Of a stretch of 64,000 nt of DNA, positions 9,484 through 20,083 are shown piece after piece; the first letter of the stretch is position 1, and each line of letters starts with the position of its first letter. Position numbers and translations under genes: made by a program. This stretch comes from a virus (taxonomy: Duplodnaviria > Caudoviricetes). The stretch spans positions 96,001 to 160,000 of the IMG/VR virus record IMGVR_UViG_3300005611_001698; one strand, given 5' to 3'. The notes below the pieces were generated by a model. It made no database searches, was not told where the DNA came from, and saw only the letters and a list, made by a program, of their open reading frames with translations.

Positions 9484-10899
9484 TCACATCAAGTTGGTGA
9501 CCTTGACGCGACGATAGTAGCGGTTCTGGTTGGCAAGGAGTCTGCCAAGACCCTGATCAGTGCCCTCAGCAAATGGGTTAGCAACAAGACCGTAACGGGT
9601 CTTAAAGCCAATCTTAGGCTGGAAGTTGTTCTCACCAACGGCACGAACCATTTGGAGAGGAACATATGGACAGTAGAAGATACCAGCGTCATAAGGTGAA
9701 GAACCCTTATAACCTACAACGTAGTACTGGTTAGCAGCAACGTTAGCAGCATATGGGTCAATGTAGACGCGATACTTACCATTGATAGTACCAGCAAAAG
9801 TGTTGCCAGTGTCATCAACGTTCAGGTTAGCGTTCAGGGCAGGGGTGTAATCAAGTACACCAGCCATGGTCAGAGCAGAAGCAACGTCAGCAGAGGTCAT
9901 GATGATGTTGCCCTTTCCTCTACGAGTTCTTTGTGCGATAGCGTTAGCATCGCGCTCGATTTGGAACAGCAGACCTTTGAACTTCTCAACAGACCAACGA
10001 CCGTTGGAGTCAACGTCCAGGTTGAACTCACCAGCGGTAGCGGTGTTGACGGTAGCACCTTGCTCAGCAACCTTATAGATGGTTCTGATGACTTCACGGT
10101 TGATCTCAGCCAGAATCTCAGTGGAGAGGATGTTGGCGAGTTCAGCCTCAGCATTCAGACCATGAATTGCTTTCAGGTCTTGTGCCAGTTCCAGTGAGTA
10201 CTCAGCTTTCAGAGCACGTGACTTAGCAGTAACGGTAACTTTCTCAATCGAGAATGCCATCTCGTTGAAAGCATTGGTGGTAGTACCATCCAGTGCCTCA
10301 GCATCGGCAGTACCCATGCCCTGACCAACGTTATAACCGTCAGTAGCAGCAGTTCCAACAGGGTTGAGAACAGATGGGTTGGTGCCAGTCTGTGAAGTAG
10401 TACCGAAACCAGCAGCTACGTCAGAGAAGTAGCTGGTGTTGTCGAAGCCATGATCCATACCGGAGAATGCGGTATCAGCTTCGTTATAGAATGCCTCAGC
10501 ACCGCTCATTCCAGGAGTACCAGGAGCAGCGTAGCGTGAACGCATTGCGAAGATCAGTCCAGTAGGACCGTTCATTGGTTGAACGCCAGCCAGGTCATAA
10601 GCAACCAGGTTAGGCATTGAGCGTCTGATCAGGGAGATCAGAACAGGGTCGAAACCAGCAACAGGACCAGCAGCAGTGGCATCAGCAGAGAAACCAGCAG
10701 CAGAGGTTGAGGAGTTGGTGTTGACCGTTGGGGTCTCCATCAGGTTCATGCCACTGTTAAAGGCATTTTCCTCACGGAGGAATCTTTCTTGGTTTTCCAG
10801 CAGAACAGCGGTTACAGCTCTACGATGGGAATCTTTGATTCCACCATCATGATCGAGAAGAGGCTTCCACTTTTCTACCAGATGCTCGGATTGGAACAT
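9484..10899 (-). CDS. g23: Major capsid protein (gp23)
   Basis: GVQPMNGPTGLIFAMRSRY, KSRALKAEYSLELAQDLKAIHGL, FYCPYVPL and FQPKIGFKTRYG motifs. Confidence 0.99.
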   Translation of the reverse strand: MFQSEHLVEKWKPLLDHDGGIKDSHRRAVTAVLLENQERFLREENAFNSGMNLMETPTVNTNSSTSAAGFSADATAAGPVAGFDPVLISLIRRSMPNLVAYDLAGVQPMNGPTGLIFAMRSRYAAPGTPGMSGAEAFYNEADTAFSGMDHGFDNTSYFSDVAAGFGTTSQTGTNPSVLNPVGTAATDGYNVGQGMGTADAEALDGTTTNAFNEMAFSIEKVTVTAKSRALKAEYSLELAQDLKAIHGLNAEAELANILSTEILAEINREVIRTIYKVAEQGATVNTATAGEFNLDVDSNGRWSVEKFKGLLFQIERDANAIAQRTRRGKGNIIMTSADVASALTMAGVLDYTPALNANLNVDDTGNTFAGTINGKYRVYIDPYAANVAANQYYVVGYKGSSPYDAGIFYCPYVPLQMVRAVGENNFQPKIGFKTRYGLVANPFAEGTDQGLGRLLANQNRYYRRVKVTNLM

Positions 10900-10943
10900 T
10901 GGTTTTTACCTTGGTAAACGATTGGGTTTGGTTAATGTTAAAT

Positions 10944-12020
10944 TCACTTATTCATCTTGCTGAGAATATCAAGGTATGAAGACATACCACCAGCAACAGG
11001 TGCCTCGGTATGATCTACACCCTCAGAAAGAGTATCAGCGGTTGATGATTGAGATACTGACTTAGGAGCGGAGAAATAAGATTCTCTCAGGGTAGTCAGT
11101 TTTTCTCTAAACGATTCTTCACTTTCAAACTCAACACCTTCGGCAAGTGAAGCGAGCTTCTCTCTTTGAGTCTGTGCAAGACCCTCAGATACATCGGAGA
11201 GAATTCCATCAGCAACCGACTCTGCGAGACGCTTGTTAAGGGAAATATTCTTTTCGATTTGCTCGTTGAGTTTAGTCTCCATGTCATCTAACTTGTCTGT
11301 CATTGCAGACAAGACATCATATTTTTCTTCAGGGATTGATACATAATGTTCTTCAAAAAGTGACTTCATACCTTCAAGGAAGGATTCAGTCATTTCAGTT
11401 TTAAGACCTCTTTCAACAGCGAGTTGGTTCTCAGTGATCCACTCATCTGCAACATACTCCAAGTAAGAATCAACACGCTCTTGAAGTTCGGTCTTCATTT
11501 CTTCAATCTCTTCTGCAAGAGCAGCAGTATAGTGCTCTTCAAGAGATTCTCTGATTTCAGCAACTTTTGATTTGAGAGCAGCTTCAAAGATGGTTTTTGC
11601 TTTTTCTTTGAATTCTTCGGAAAGTTCTTCACCGCCAAGGAGAGCATTAACATCTTCCTCAACGTCGATTTCTTCCTCGACAACTTCTTCTTCATCAACC
11701 TCTTCGGTCTCAGCAAGAACTTCCTCGTCTTGGAGATCTTCCTCTTCCTTCATTCCTTTCATTGCATCAGCACCTTTTGCTCCTTTGTTGACAACATCTC
11801 TAACTTGTTTCAAAGTGCCGCCTGGTTCTCTCAGTTTTGCGCTATCGTCGTCAGAGCGATAGTTCTCAGGAGTAGGACCACCAAGGTCTTCTACACTACC
11901 AAGTTGTGTTCCAGGATCTGCCATTTTGGGCATTGGATCGCCCGCTTTGGCACCTGAGTTAACGGCGGTGCGGGACTGTTGTGTCTTTACTTCCATTTCT
12001 TGTAGATTTCCACGCGACAT
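10944..12020 (-). CDS. g22: Prohead core scaffolding protein (gp22)
   Basis: Acidic coiled coil with ELSEEFKEKAKTIFEAA and YLEYVADEW; lies between g21 and g23. Confidence 0.95.
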   Translation of the reverse strand: MSRGNLQEMEVKTQQSRTAVNSGAKAGDPMPKMADPGTQLGSVEDLGGPTPENYRSDDDSAKLREPGGTLKQVRDVVNKGAKGADAMKGMKEEEDLQDEEVLAETEEVDEEEVVEEEIDVEEDVNALLGGEELSEEFKEKAKTIFEAALKSKVAEIRESLEEHYTAALAEEIEEMKTELQERVDSYLEYVADEWITENQLAVERGLKTEMTESFLEGMKSLFEEHYVSIPEEKYDVLSAMTDKLDDMETKLNEQIEKNISLNKRLAESVADGILSDVSEGLAQTQREKLASLAEGVEFESEESFREKLTTLRESYFSAPKSVSQSSTADTLSEGVDHTEAPVAGGMSSYLDILSKMNK

Positions 12021-12053
12021 TTGAAATAAACCTATTTTGGTATTATCTTTATT

Positions 12054-12061
12054 TATTTATA
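12054..12061 (-). promoter_or_regulatory. T4-type late promoter TATAAATA (g22-g23)
   Basis: Exact T4 late consensus in the g21-g22 gap. Confidence 0.85.
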
Positions 12062-12062
12062 A

Positions 12063-12713
12063 TTAGATATTTTGCAAAAAGTCGTTAAAGAGACTTAATT
12101 TCTTTTCGTCAAGTTGTTTTTGATCAACAAGAGTGTTAATCTGGGCATATGTTTTAGCAGCATACTTTTCACGGAGGATGCCACCATCCCATACCCACTC
12201 TTTTCCTTCCATGATTCCCTCAACAAATGCATCAGGTGCGGAAGGATCAGCAACGATATCAGCAGCAGTTGCTAACATGAAATCATCACCTACAACATTG
12301 ATTCCCTCTCTTGTAAGTTTGAGTGAACCAATTCCTCTGGAAGAGACACCAAGTTTGACACCTTCCTCTACCAGAGAAGCAGCAATCTTACCCATTGGGG
12401 TGTTGAGGATTTTTGCCTTACCGATAAAGTTAGAACCACTCTCTCTGAGTGATACAATCTTATGTGAAACTCTATCAAGGTTTACAGTAGGACCTTCGGG
12501 ATGACCGAGTTCTCCAAGAGCACGTCCTTTTTGAATATGATTTTCGTTGTATCTTCCAACTTCACGGCGAAGTGTTTCCATTGGATACATGCGACCGTTG
12601 CGGTTCTTGATGTTTCCTTGCAGAAAAACACCTTCGATATAAAGTTGTTTCTTACCGCCTTTGTTTTCGATAAGAAATTCAACTGATTCGATTTCTTCTG
12701 TGATGAGTTTCAT
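12063..12713 (-). CDS. g21: Prohead maturation protease (gp21)
   Basis: NRNGRMY, GELGHP, GVSSRG and DIVADPSAPDAF motifs. Confidence 0.98.
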   Translation of the reverse strand: MKLITEEIESVEFLIENKGGKKQLYIEGVFLQGNIKNRNGRMYPMETLRREVGRYNENHIQKGRALGELGHPEGPTVNLDRVSHKIVSLRESGSNFIGKAKILNTPMGKIAASLVEEGVKLGVSSRGIGSLKLTREGINVVGDDFMLATAADIVADPSAPDAFVEGIMEGKEWVWDGGILREKYAAKTYAQINTLVDQKQLDEKKLSLFNDFLQNI

Positions 12714-13285
12714 TAGGAGATACCGCTTGTTTGAACTTGAATGAGTTGGACTGTTGTTCCAGTTCCGCTAGCTTTGGCAGAAACTTTAAGTGAGTTTCTC
12801 ATCTCAGAACCATTAAAGGTTGCTGTTGATGCACCAGAAACAGTTGCACTTGAAGTGTCTTTTGTGACTACAACTCTTGTGGAATAATAACCAGTTGCAT
12901 GAGATGCTGAGGTTAGAACTCTTTCAATAGGAAGATGAGTTCCGTTTAATGAATCGGGAGTGATACCTGTGATCGTAACAGTGTCACCAACATTAAATGT
13001 AGTTCCAGTTCCCTCTGGGAAGTGATAAACAGTTGAAGCACCAGTGGTGATTCCGCTGATTGGTTGTGACTTTGGTGTCAAAGAAAGAGTCGCAGAAGTA
13101 TCAGCAACAACAACGTAATCTAAATCAGTTGCAGTTGGATTAGTTCCAATAGCAACATTAATATCTTGTGACCCTACCGCACTGATTCTAAGAGAATCTG
13201 ATCTCACCGAAAATGGTTGAGATGTAGTTACACCATTTGCACTAGCAAAATATGTGCCAGTGCCCACTATTGGATTATGAGCCAT
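12713..13285 (-). CDS. Hypothetical virion-associated protein (Thr/Ser-rich, beta-rich)
   Basis: 190-aa ORF coupled to both neighbours inside the head operon. Confidence 0.75.
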   Translation of the reverse strand: MAHNPIVGTGTYFASANGVTTSQPFSVRSDSLRISAVGSQDINVAIGTNPTATDLDYVVVADTSATLSLTPKSQPISGITTGASTVYHFPEGTGTTFNVGDTVTITGITPDSLNGTHLPIERVLTSASHATGYYSTRVVVTKDTSSATVSGASTATFNGSEMRNSLKVSAKASGTGTTVQLIQVQTSGIS

Positions 13286-13482
13286 TACTCCTCCTCGGAT
13301 TCGGTTTCGATTTCATCTTCAAAGTCATCTTCAATTTCTTCTGCACCAAACAATGACGAAGCAGCAACAGGTTTCAGAGCATCAACTCTTTCTGCTGATT
13401 TTGCATAAAGAATTTCTTTCATTTTATCCGAAACCTCCGAAGGAGATTCACCAGTCACCATAAGATCCATTAATTCTTCCAT
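13285..13482 (-). CDS. Small acidic prohead core protein (gp67-like position)
   Basis: 65 aa with an acidic tail, directly after g20 and behind a late promoter. Confidence 0.7.
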   Translation of the reverse strand: MEELMDLMVTGESPSEVSDKMKEILYAKSAERVDALKPVAASSLFGAEEIEDDFEDEIETESEEE

Positions 13483-13509
13483 TGTTTAGAAATATATTAA
13501 GACTGTATT

Positions 13510-13517
13510 TATTTATA
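13510..13517 (-). promoter_or_regulatory. T4-type late promoter TATAAATA containing the g20 stop codon
   Basis: Exact consensus; the TAA at 13513-13515 is the g20 stop. Confidence 0.8.
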
Positions 13518-15186
13518 TTTCTCCACCTTCGGGAGCCACAGTTTTCTTACCTTCACCTTCAAGATCAGGTTCCATGATTGGTTGACCTAAATCTGGACCA
13601 GTGCCAACTGCTGATTGTTGACCCATTTCTCCCATACCATCCATTGACATTGCTGTTTCAAGAGGATCAACGATGATTCCATCCTTGATTTCTTGTTCGA
13701 TTTTTGCATCCTCTTCCAAAATATCAGCATCAGTTTGACGGATAATCTTACGACGGACATAATCCTGTGAGAAGTATTTGCCAATATAAGGTTCTGCAAT
13801 AGTTGCCAGATTGATTCTGTTCTCCATGAGTTCTGCTTCTTTCAGTTCAGCAAAGTGATTGTCATAGAGGAAATCAAACTGAATGTGCTCCGACATCCTT
13901 TCCCAATCTTCGGGAGTAACGACATTTTTCAGAAGCAATTGTGTTCTCAGCATGTCAAGGAACATCTGAGAAAATCTCTTTCTCAAACGCCCAACAAACT
14001 TACTAAATTTGAGTTCGTCTCTTAGAATTTCAGAAGAACGTCCTAGATTAAATCCCCCATCACCTTCAATACGTGAGATGGGAACATTGAGAGACTTATA
14101 CAGTTTTTTCTTGAAATATTCAACGTCAGTCAGTTCGCCAAGGTTTTGTCCACCAGGAAGAGTTGTAATTTCAGTTCCACGACCACCTTCTCTACGTGGC
14201 AACCAGAAGTCTTCCATCATGGACATAAACTTCTTGTCATCACGAATCTCACCAGTCGCTGCGTTATAAACAAGTTTATTTCTGTAACGTGACATCACAT
14301 CACGTAAGTATTGTTCTGCTTTAACTTTGGGAAGATTACCAACATCGATATAAAAGATACGACGCTCAGGTGCTCTACTCAAACGGTAGATAACCAGAGA
14401 GTCCTCAATCATTCTAAGCTGATTGAGTGCCTTAATTGCTTTATGAAGATATGAAAGTGTTGATCCTTTATTTCTATCTACAAGACCTGAGGTGCAATAT
14501 GAAATAGAATCTTTTGAAAACTTAACTCCTTTTTGATCCTGTGATGCGGAAGGATTGCCAACTGGATAGTTAAGTTTTGGAGTATAAACAAAATATTCTT
14601 CAATCTCTGGAAATGCCTGATCAACAGAATTAAGATCAGTTTTTCTAGCAGTTACACCTAAGTCTTTTGTATTTTTCTTTGCATGACGCACATATTTCAT
14701 CTTTGCTGCGTCAATATAACGAAGTTCTTTAATTCCTTCCTCTGGTTTTTTTAAATCAATAACTTTATGGTAGTATAATCTCCCGTCAATATACCAGTTA
14801 CGATAAATCTCATGTGATTTTTTATCAAAGTCAAGAAGATCTTTGATGTTTTTAAACTCATCTCTAATTACTTTCTTGATTCCATCAGAGGCATTAAGGT
14901 TTGACAGTTCAATCTCAACGGGACTGTCATTAAGGTCGCTTACAATTGCCTCATTTACAATATCTTCAATGGCACTGTCCACTTCTGGATGCAGTGCCAT
15001 CTCTCTATAACGACGAATAAGTTCAACTTCGTTTTTATATGTTCCTTCTAAATCTACGTAAGATCCGAAAAATCCAGATGTAATATAGTGGTCATTCCCG
15101 TCCTCGCTTGAAGGAGGAACAGGACTGACCACTGATTTAGATTCTTCTTGGGAATCTTCAATTGAAAAACCGAATAGTTTCGCCAT
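13513..15186 (-). CDS. g20: Portal vertex protein (gp20)
   Basis: YRLSRAPERRIFYIDVGNLPK, EDFWLPRREGGRGTEITTLPGGQNLG and ILRDELKFSKF motifs. Confidence 0.99.
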   Translation of the reverse strand: MAKLFGFSIEDSQEESKSVVSPVPPSSEDGNDHYITSGFFGSYVDLEGTYKNEVELIRRYREMALHPEVDSAIEDIVNEAIVSDLNDSPVEIELSNLNASDGIKKVIRDEFKNIKDLLDFDKKSHEIYRNWYIDGRLYYHKVIDLKKPEEGIKELRYIDAAKMKYVRHAKKNTKDLGVTARKTDLNSVDQAFPEIEEYFVYTPKLNYPVGNPSASQDQKGVKFSKDSISYCTSGLVDRNKGSTLSYLHKAIKALNQLRMIEDSLVIYRLSRAPERRIFYIDVGNLPKVKAEQYLRDVMSRYRNKLVYNAATGEIRDDKKFMSMMEDFWLPRREGGRGTEITTLPGGQNLGELTDVEYFKKKLYKSLNVPISRIEGDGGFNLGRSSEILRDELKFSKFVGRLRKRFSQMFLDMLRTQLLLKNVVTPEDWERMSEHIQFDFLYDNHFAELKEAELMENRINLATIAEPYIGKYFSQDYVRRKIIRQTDADILEEDAKIEQEIKDGIIVDPLETAMSMDGMGEMGQQSAVGTGPDLGQPIMEPDLEGEGKKTVAPEGGEI

Positions 15187-15208
15187 TATGCAATTTTTTA
15201 CGATGAAC

Positions 15209-15216
15209 TATTTATC
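15209..15216 (-). promoter_or_regulatory. Late promoter GATAAATA (g20)
   Basis: One mismatch to TATAAATA, at the end of g19 and about 20 nt upstream of the g20 start. Confidence 0.7.
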
Positions 15217-15847
15217 AGTTCAGCGCACCAGGACCACCAGCGATTTCAAAGTATTGAACTTGGAACTCAACAGTAAACTCCTCAATGGTGTTCTCAGTAT
15301 CATATCCAAGAGCAATCTCGGAAACGGCAGTTGGGAAAATATCGTAGAAACGATACGATCTCAGAACGTTTGCTTTTGTTCCAGTGGTTCTGCCTTGTCC
15401 TGCATCAGGAACAGCAGTAGTGGTTTCGATCTGACCAGATGAACCTCTGCCTAACTGATAGACATAAGCGTCTTTCATGTAAGCATTGGGGTTAGATGCG
15501 CCAGTATTGTTGGAGAGTTTGCTGATACCGTTCATCCACATTTCCATTGCATGACGAATTCTGAAATCCTCATCATTGATGATGGTGAGGGTCCAAGGAT
15601 CGAAAGTTCTATCGCCAGCAACTTTCAGAGTACGACCTCTGAAAGGAACATCGATAGAAGCAACGTTGGATGCTGGGAGGTTAGCAGCCTTACACATGAA
15701 GGTAAGGTCTTTCAGCATTTCACCATCTTTGGTAACATATGCTGGGAACTCAGGAATCGTTACCTCAAATAGATTGGGGCGGGCCCCGCCCCCTTTGAGG
15801 ATAGACTTAAAGTTGGAAAGTGTTTTGATTTGTGGTGCTTCGGCCAT
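15215..15847 (-). CDS. g19: Tail tube protein (gp19)
   Basis: GGARPNLF, PFRGRTLKVAGDRTFDPW and IEEFTVEF motifs. Confidence 0.97.
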   Translation of the reverse strand: MAEAPQIKTLSNFKSILKGGGARPNLFEVTIPEFPAYVTKDGEMLKDLTFMCKAANLPASNVASIDVPFRGRTLKVAGDRTFDPWTLTIINDEDFRIRHAMEMWMNGISKLSNNTGASNPNAYMKDAYVYQLGRGSSGQIETTTAVPDAGQGRTTGTKANVLRSYRFYDIFPTAVSEIALGYDTENTIEEFTVEFQVQYFEIAGGPGALN

Positions 15848-15887
15848 TGTTTTCTATGCTCCGTGGAATCTTCGTAAGGGGAATGAA

Positions 15888-18110
15888 TCAGACTCTACCA
15901 GCAACTTCCTCAAAGCTGACACCAGTTCTGGTGGCAACGAAGGTGAGGGAGACATAGTTGATAGACTTGGCGGGCTTCAAGAAGATGTCCGCTCTGAACT
16001 CGTTGTTATCAATAACATCAGGAGTGTTATTTGTTTCGTCACAAATAACGAGGAAGTCATAAATTCCTCTCTTTGCCTGAACATCACGCAGATAAGGTTC
16101 TACGATGTTGACAAAGTTAGCTCTTGTGATTTCATCATTGAGTTCAAACAGTTGCGCTTTTGCAGCACCCTCTAAGGCTTGTTCCACAGTCAGGAAGAGA
16201 CGCCTTACGTTGATTCTATCGAACGCGGAGGCATAACCAAGGGCAGTCTTATCACCGAAGAGCAGAATACCGATACCAGGTTGGAATGAAATTGGGTTTA
16301 CACGTGCCTGATAAAGTTCGTCTCTTTGATTTTGATTTGGATTATATGCCAGTTTAACGGCATTGTTCAGTACACCACGCTGCTGACCAGCAGGTGAGAA
16401 CCATGGGAACGCTCTAATGTTAGTGCGAACCATGAGACCAGCAACGTCAGCATTCGTAGGAATGTAACGGAACTGATTGTTGAAACGGTCATAAGTGTAC
16501 TTATAACCAGAATCAATGATGCCATAGGAGGAAGACTTAACTCCGTTGGCAAACTTGACGATGTTGGAGGTCTGAGTGTCATCATCGATAACACCAACAA
16601 CACCAGATCTGTGTGGAGAAACAACAGCAACGCAATCCTGTCTCTCTTCGGCAATCGAGATCAGTCTGTTTGCCTTAGCTTGTGACTCTTCAATACCATT
16701 GATCGAAGGACCCATGATCAGGTAATCAACCTCAACCTCTTCCTTATTACGGAACAGATTGTATGAGGTGATCAGATCACCCAGAGTTGCCTTGTGACCA
16801 CCAGTGCTGCTGTAATCAACACCGCCACTGAAAGCATAACCAACGTTACCCAGAGCAGAATAAGTAACACCCTGAGCATTTTGTCCCCACAGACCCTCAG
16901 AAGTGGTATAAGGAACAAAGTTGGTTGAGAATCCAGTTGCTCTTGGAACAGTTCCCCAGAAAGAATCTTCATCGCTAGATGGGTTAACACCAGCGTAGGC
17001 ATAACCAGAGAAATCTGCCAGGAAGTCCTTGTACCAGATTTTCTGTGGAGAGTTTACAGAAGATACTGCATCAAGTGCCTTGGACAGTGAAGAGAACTTC
17101 TCAACAATATTGCCTTGAATACCAGTTACATTTCCTTCATCATCAACGATACAGATGTTCATTCCATCATTGTATCCCTGACGCTCAGTGACGTAGTTGT
17201 TAGAAACTGGTTTTGGAGAAATGGACTTCCAGAAAACATTTCCATTTACAATTGGAAGTTGCTGTTGATCATACCAGTCAACAGCAGTAACAGCAGAAAT
17301 GCCAGAACCAGTTACTGCACCAGAACTGTCTTTGAAGGTAATCGAAGTATCATCTTGATAAGTGCTTCCGATTGAAATCGAAGCAGAATCACTATTCTTT
17401 TCGTAAGAAATTCTGGTCTCAGTTGAACCTGCGCCAGAGGCATTGACACGTGAGAACCACTTAACATCAAAAGTGGAATCTCCACCATCTGAATCGGTCT
17501 TAACACCAGTAACAATACCTTTCAGATATCCAGTGGTGATAGTTGAAATCGTACCAGTTGTTGCGTTAGGAATCACCAGATTAGTGAGACCAACTGTAAC
17601 TGCATATCCAACAGTAACACCAACACCAGCAAGGCTAGTTGTGGTAACGCCAACGGTTTGATCTGCCAGATCATCGATGAAGCAGAGTTTCAGACCGTTT
17701 GCCCACTTACCAGGAGTTTTGGCGGCATAAGTCCAACCAGTGTCAGTGGTGTAGTTTTCTTTATAGTCGTCGTAGTTTTTAATTTTGAGTGCCGTATCGG
17801 CATATACATCATTACCAGCGTTAGCGTTATTCAGAGTAGAACCATTGGTTCTTACAACTTTAAGAACACCACCGTAAGTAAGGAAAGAACTTGCACTCAT
17901 CCAGTACTCATACTGGGCATCAGTGCTGATTGGTTTACCAAAGACTTCAATCAGTTCTTGCTCTGTTTCAATGGTATATGGTTCATCAACTGGACCTTGT
18001 GTAAAAGGTCCGCAGATGCCACCAATGTTATCTAAAACGTTTTCGGCTCTACCGACAGTGAGATCTACCTCTCTAATCAGTACACCAGGAGACAATAATG
18101 CTACTGCCAT
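15888..18110 (-). CDS. g18: Tail sheath protein (gp18)
   Basis: SPGVLIREVDLT N-terminus, PWFSPAG, FDRINVRRLF and IKPAKSIN-like C-terminus. Confidence 0.98.
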   Translation of the reverse strand: MAVALLSPGVLIREVDLTVGRAENVLDNIGGICGPFTQGPVDEPYTIETEQELIEVFGKPISTDAQYEYWMSASSFLTYGGVLKVVRTNGSTLNNANAGNDVYADTALKIKNYDDYKENYTTDTGWTYAAKTPGKWANGLKLCFIDDLADQTVGVTTTSLAGVGVTVGYAVTVGLTNLVIPNATTGTISTITTGYLKGIVTGVKTDSDGGDSTFDVKWFSRVNASGAGSTETRISYEKNSDSASISIGSTYQDDTSITFKDSSGAVTGSGISAVTAVDWYDQQQLPIVNGNVFWKSISPKPVSNNYVTERQGYNDGMNICIVDDEGNVTGIQGNIVEKFSSLSKALDAVSSVNSPQKIWYKDFLADFSGYAYAGVNPSSDEDSFWGTVPRATGFSTNFVPYTTSEGLWGQNAQGVTYSALGNVGYAFSGGVDYSSTGGHKATLGDLITSYNLFRNKEEVEVDYLIMGPSINGIEESQAKANRLISIAEERQDCVAVVSPHRSGVVGVIDDDTQTSNIVKFANGVKSSSYGIIDSGYKYTYDRFNNQFRYIPTNADVAGLMVRTNIRAFPWFSPAGQQRGVLNNAVKLAYNPNQNQRDELYQARVNPISFQPGIGILLFGDKTALGYASAFDRINVRRLFLTVEQALEGAAKAQLFELNDEITRANFVNIVEPYLRDVQAKRGIYDFLVICDETNNTPDVIDNNEFRADIFLKPAKSINYVSLTFVATRTGVSFEEVAGRV

Positions 18111-18147
18111 TTGTTACTCCTTTTTTAGGTCCATATTTGTCTAAGAT

Positions 18148-18172
18148 TATTTATAAAATAGTGGTATTTAGA
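18148..18172 (-). promoter_or_regulatory. Tandem late promoters upstream of g18
   Basis: TCTAAATA (18165-18172) and TATAAATA (18148-18155). Confidence 0.8.
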
Positions 18173-18196
18173 GGGGGGAAATGAGACGTGAACAGA

Positions 18197-18436
18197 CTAC
18201 CAATCTGGATATACATCTTTTATCCTAGGAACTGGGTTGTATTCTTCTTTCCTCTTCTCAGTAATTCTTTTTATTGTACAATCCTTACATTCGTAAGAAT
18301 ATGATGACGGTACAGAACCTTTGTCTTTGCGAGTTCGATAAAATTCTTCAATCAAGTTTTTTTTCTCGCCACAAACTTTACACCATCTCTCTCTGAAAAG
18401 TAAGTGTTCTAGTTGAAACTGATCTTCTAAGTCCAT
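18197..18436 (-). CDS. Small zinc-finger protein (CxxC...CxxC)
   Basis: Start revised to MDLEDQF at 18436 (TAATG overlap with the g17 stop); CKVC and CKDC motifs. Confidence 0.75.
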   Translation of the reverse strand: MDLEDQFQLEHLLFRERWCKVCGEKKNLIEEFYRTRKDKGSVPSSYSYECKDCTIKRITEKRKEEYNPVPRIKDVYPDW

Positions 18437-20082
18437 TAGAGGTAATCCCACATATAAGATCGATCTCCATATTCATCCGCAAACCATCTATCACCATCAG
18501 CATCTACGAAACTATTATCACCTAGTCCATCATCTAAGAATCCAAATGGAGCCATATCCTGCTCAATTTGATTCTTCTGCTCTTCATATAATCTCTTACG
18601 AACATCCTGATCAGTAAGTTCCTTAAAGTAATCCTGTGCTACCAACCAAGCATAAATGACAAGACACATCGCAAGGTCATCATTACATCCCTCTTCTGCT
18701 TCAAATGAGTTTCCTTTTGAAATGAAGGTAGTAAGTTCACTGATAACTTCATAATCTTTAAACAGAAGTTTGTCCGCTTCAATCATTGTTTTAAGATTGA
18801 GTGATCCAACTTTCTTAACAGTCTTGGACATTTTAATGCCAAGTTGAGTTTTCTTTCCAGAGAAACCTTGTCCAACGATTTGTCCTGCTCTTCCGCGCAT
18901 AGAGCACATCAAAAGATTTTGATATTCGAGATCATATTGAAGAATTGAAGCTACCTGATCTCCAATATCATTTACCTCGCACAATATGAATGCATTATTG
19001 TATCCCTTACAAGTTTCCCATATCACGTTTGGGAAAAGCATTGGTTTGATATCGTTCTTTCTATACTTTGCTACAAGTTTATGTGGAAATGTTGTAATGT
19101 CCACAACAACAAAAGCAGAATAATCTTCACCAACTCCTCTTGCTACGTCAACGGTACAAACATAATCATGATTTGGAATCGGATCTTCATAAACATCTAA
19201 TCCTTGATTTGATTTGATTGGTGCATCATAAATCATACTTCTTAATTTTGCTGGCGCAATCAAAGTATCAACAGATCCTAAGAACTCACACTCAAACTCA
19301 ACACGGAACTGTTGTTCACTTGTGTTCTTAATTGTCTGTTCTCGCCAAACATCATCCCTACCAGGAACTTCTGACCAGTGAACCTGAGTTGGGACATATT
19401 CATTTGCACCTCTCTCCGCATCATGCCACATGCGGTAGAAATGATTCATACCCTTAGGGGTAGATACGATAATAATCTTAGTAGACTTACCAGATGAAAT
19501 CGTAGGATAAACTGAACTGAAAAAGTCGTCAGCAATATGATTTGGCACGAACGCAAATTCGTCCAAGAACAAGATATTAAATGTCATACCACGAACGGCA
19601 GCAGCAGATGTAGATGCTGCAAGAATCTTACTGCCGTTCTCTAACTCTAAACTACCTTTGTTCCATGCCAAAATACCTTGTTGCATCCATTTAGGAAGAT
19701 TCTCATATGCTGTTTGTAATCGAGCAAGAAGATCTCTTGCGGTAGATGCTTTGTTGGCAAGAATACCAATATTCACATTGTCATTAAAAACTGCATAATG
19801 CAACAAATAAGAAACCGACGTGGTAGACTTACCAGTCTGTCGTGGCATCATGCAGATATTAAATCTATTTTCGTGGAACTTACGAATCAGTCCTTCCTGA
19901 AACGGCCACATTTTAAATGGAACAAGACCTTCATCAACGTTAACGATCTTGATATAATTCAGAGCAAAGTATACTGGATCTTCTTTACACTTGATAAACT
20001 CTTGAATCTGTTCAGCAGTAAACTCAATCTTTGTATTTGCTTTTTTTAGATTGGGATTACCTAGATATACTTCGCCTGACAT
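18436..20082 (-). CDS. g17: Terminase large subunit (gp17)
   Basis: YLGNPNLK, RQTGKS Walker A, LFLDEFAF, VDVARG and NDDL nuclease motifs. Start revised to ATG 20082. Confidence 0.98.
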   Translation of the reverse strand: MSGEVYLGNPNLKKANTKIEFTAEQIQEFIKCKEDPVYFALNYIKIVNVDEGLVPFKMWPFQEGLIRKFHENRFNICMMPRQTGKSTTSVSYLLHYAVFNDNVNIGILANKASTARDLLARLQTAYENLPKWMQQGILAWNKGSLELENGSKILAASTSAAAVRGMTFNILFLDEFAFVPNHIADDFFSSVYPTISSGKSTKIIIVSTPKGMNHFYRMWHDAERGANEYVPTQVHWSEVPGRDDVWREQTIKNTSEQQFRVEFECEFLGSVDTLIAPAKLRSMIYDAPIKSNQGLDVYEDPIPNHDYVCTVDVARGVGEDYSAFVVVDITTFPHKLVAKYRKNDIKPMLFPNVIWETCKGYNNAFILCEVNDIGDQVASILQYDLEYQNLLMCSMRGRAGQIVGQGFSGKKTQLGIKMSKTVKKVGSLNLKTMIEADKLLFKDYEVISELTTFISKGNSFEAEEGCNDDLAMCLVIYAWLVAQDYFKELTDQDVRKRLYEEQKNQIEQDMAPFGFLDDGLGDNSFVDADGDRWFADEYGDRSYMWDYL

Positions 20083-20083
20083 A

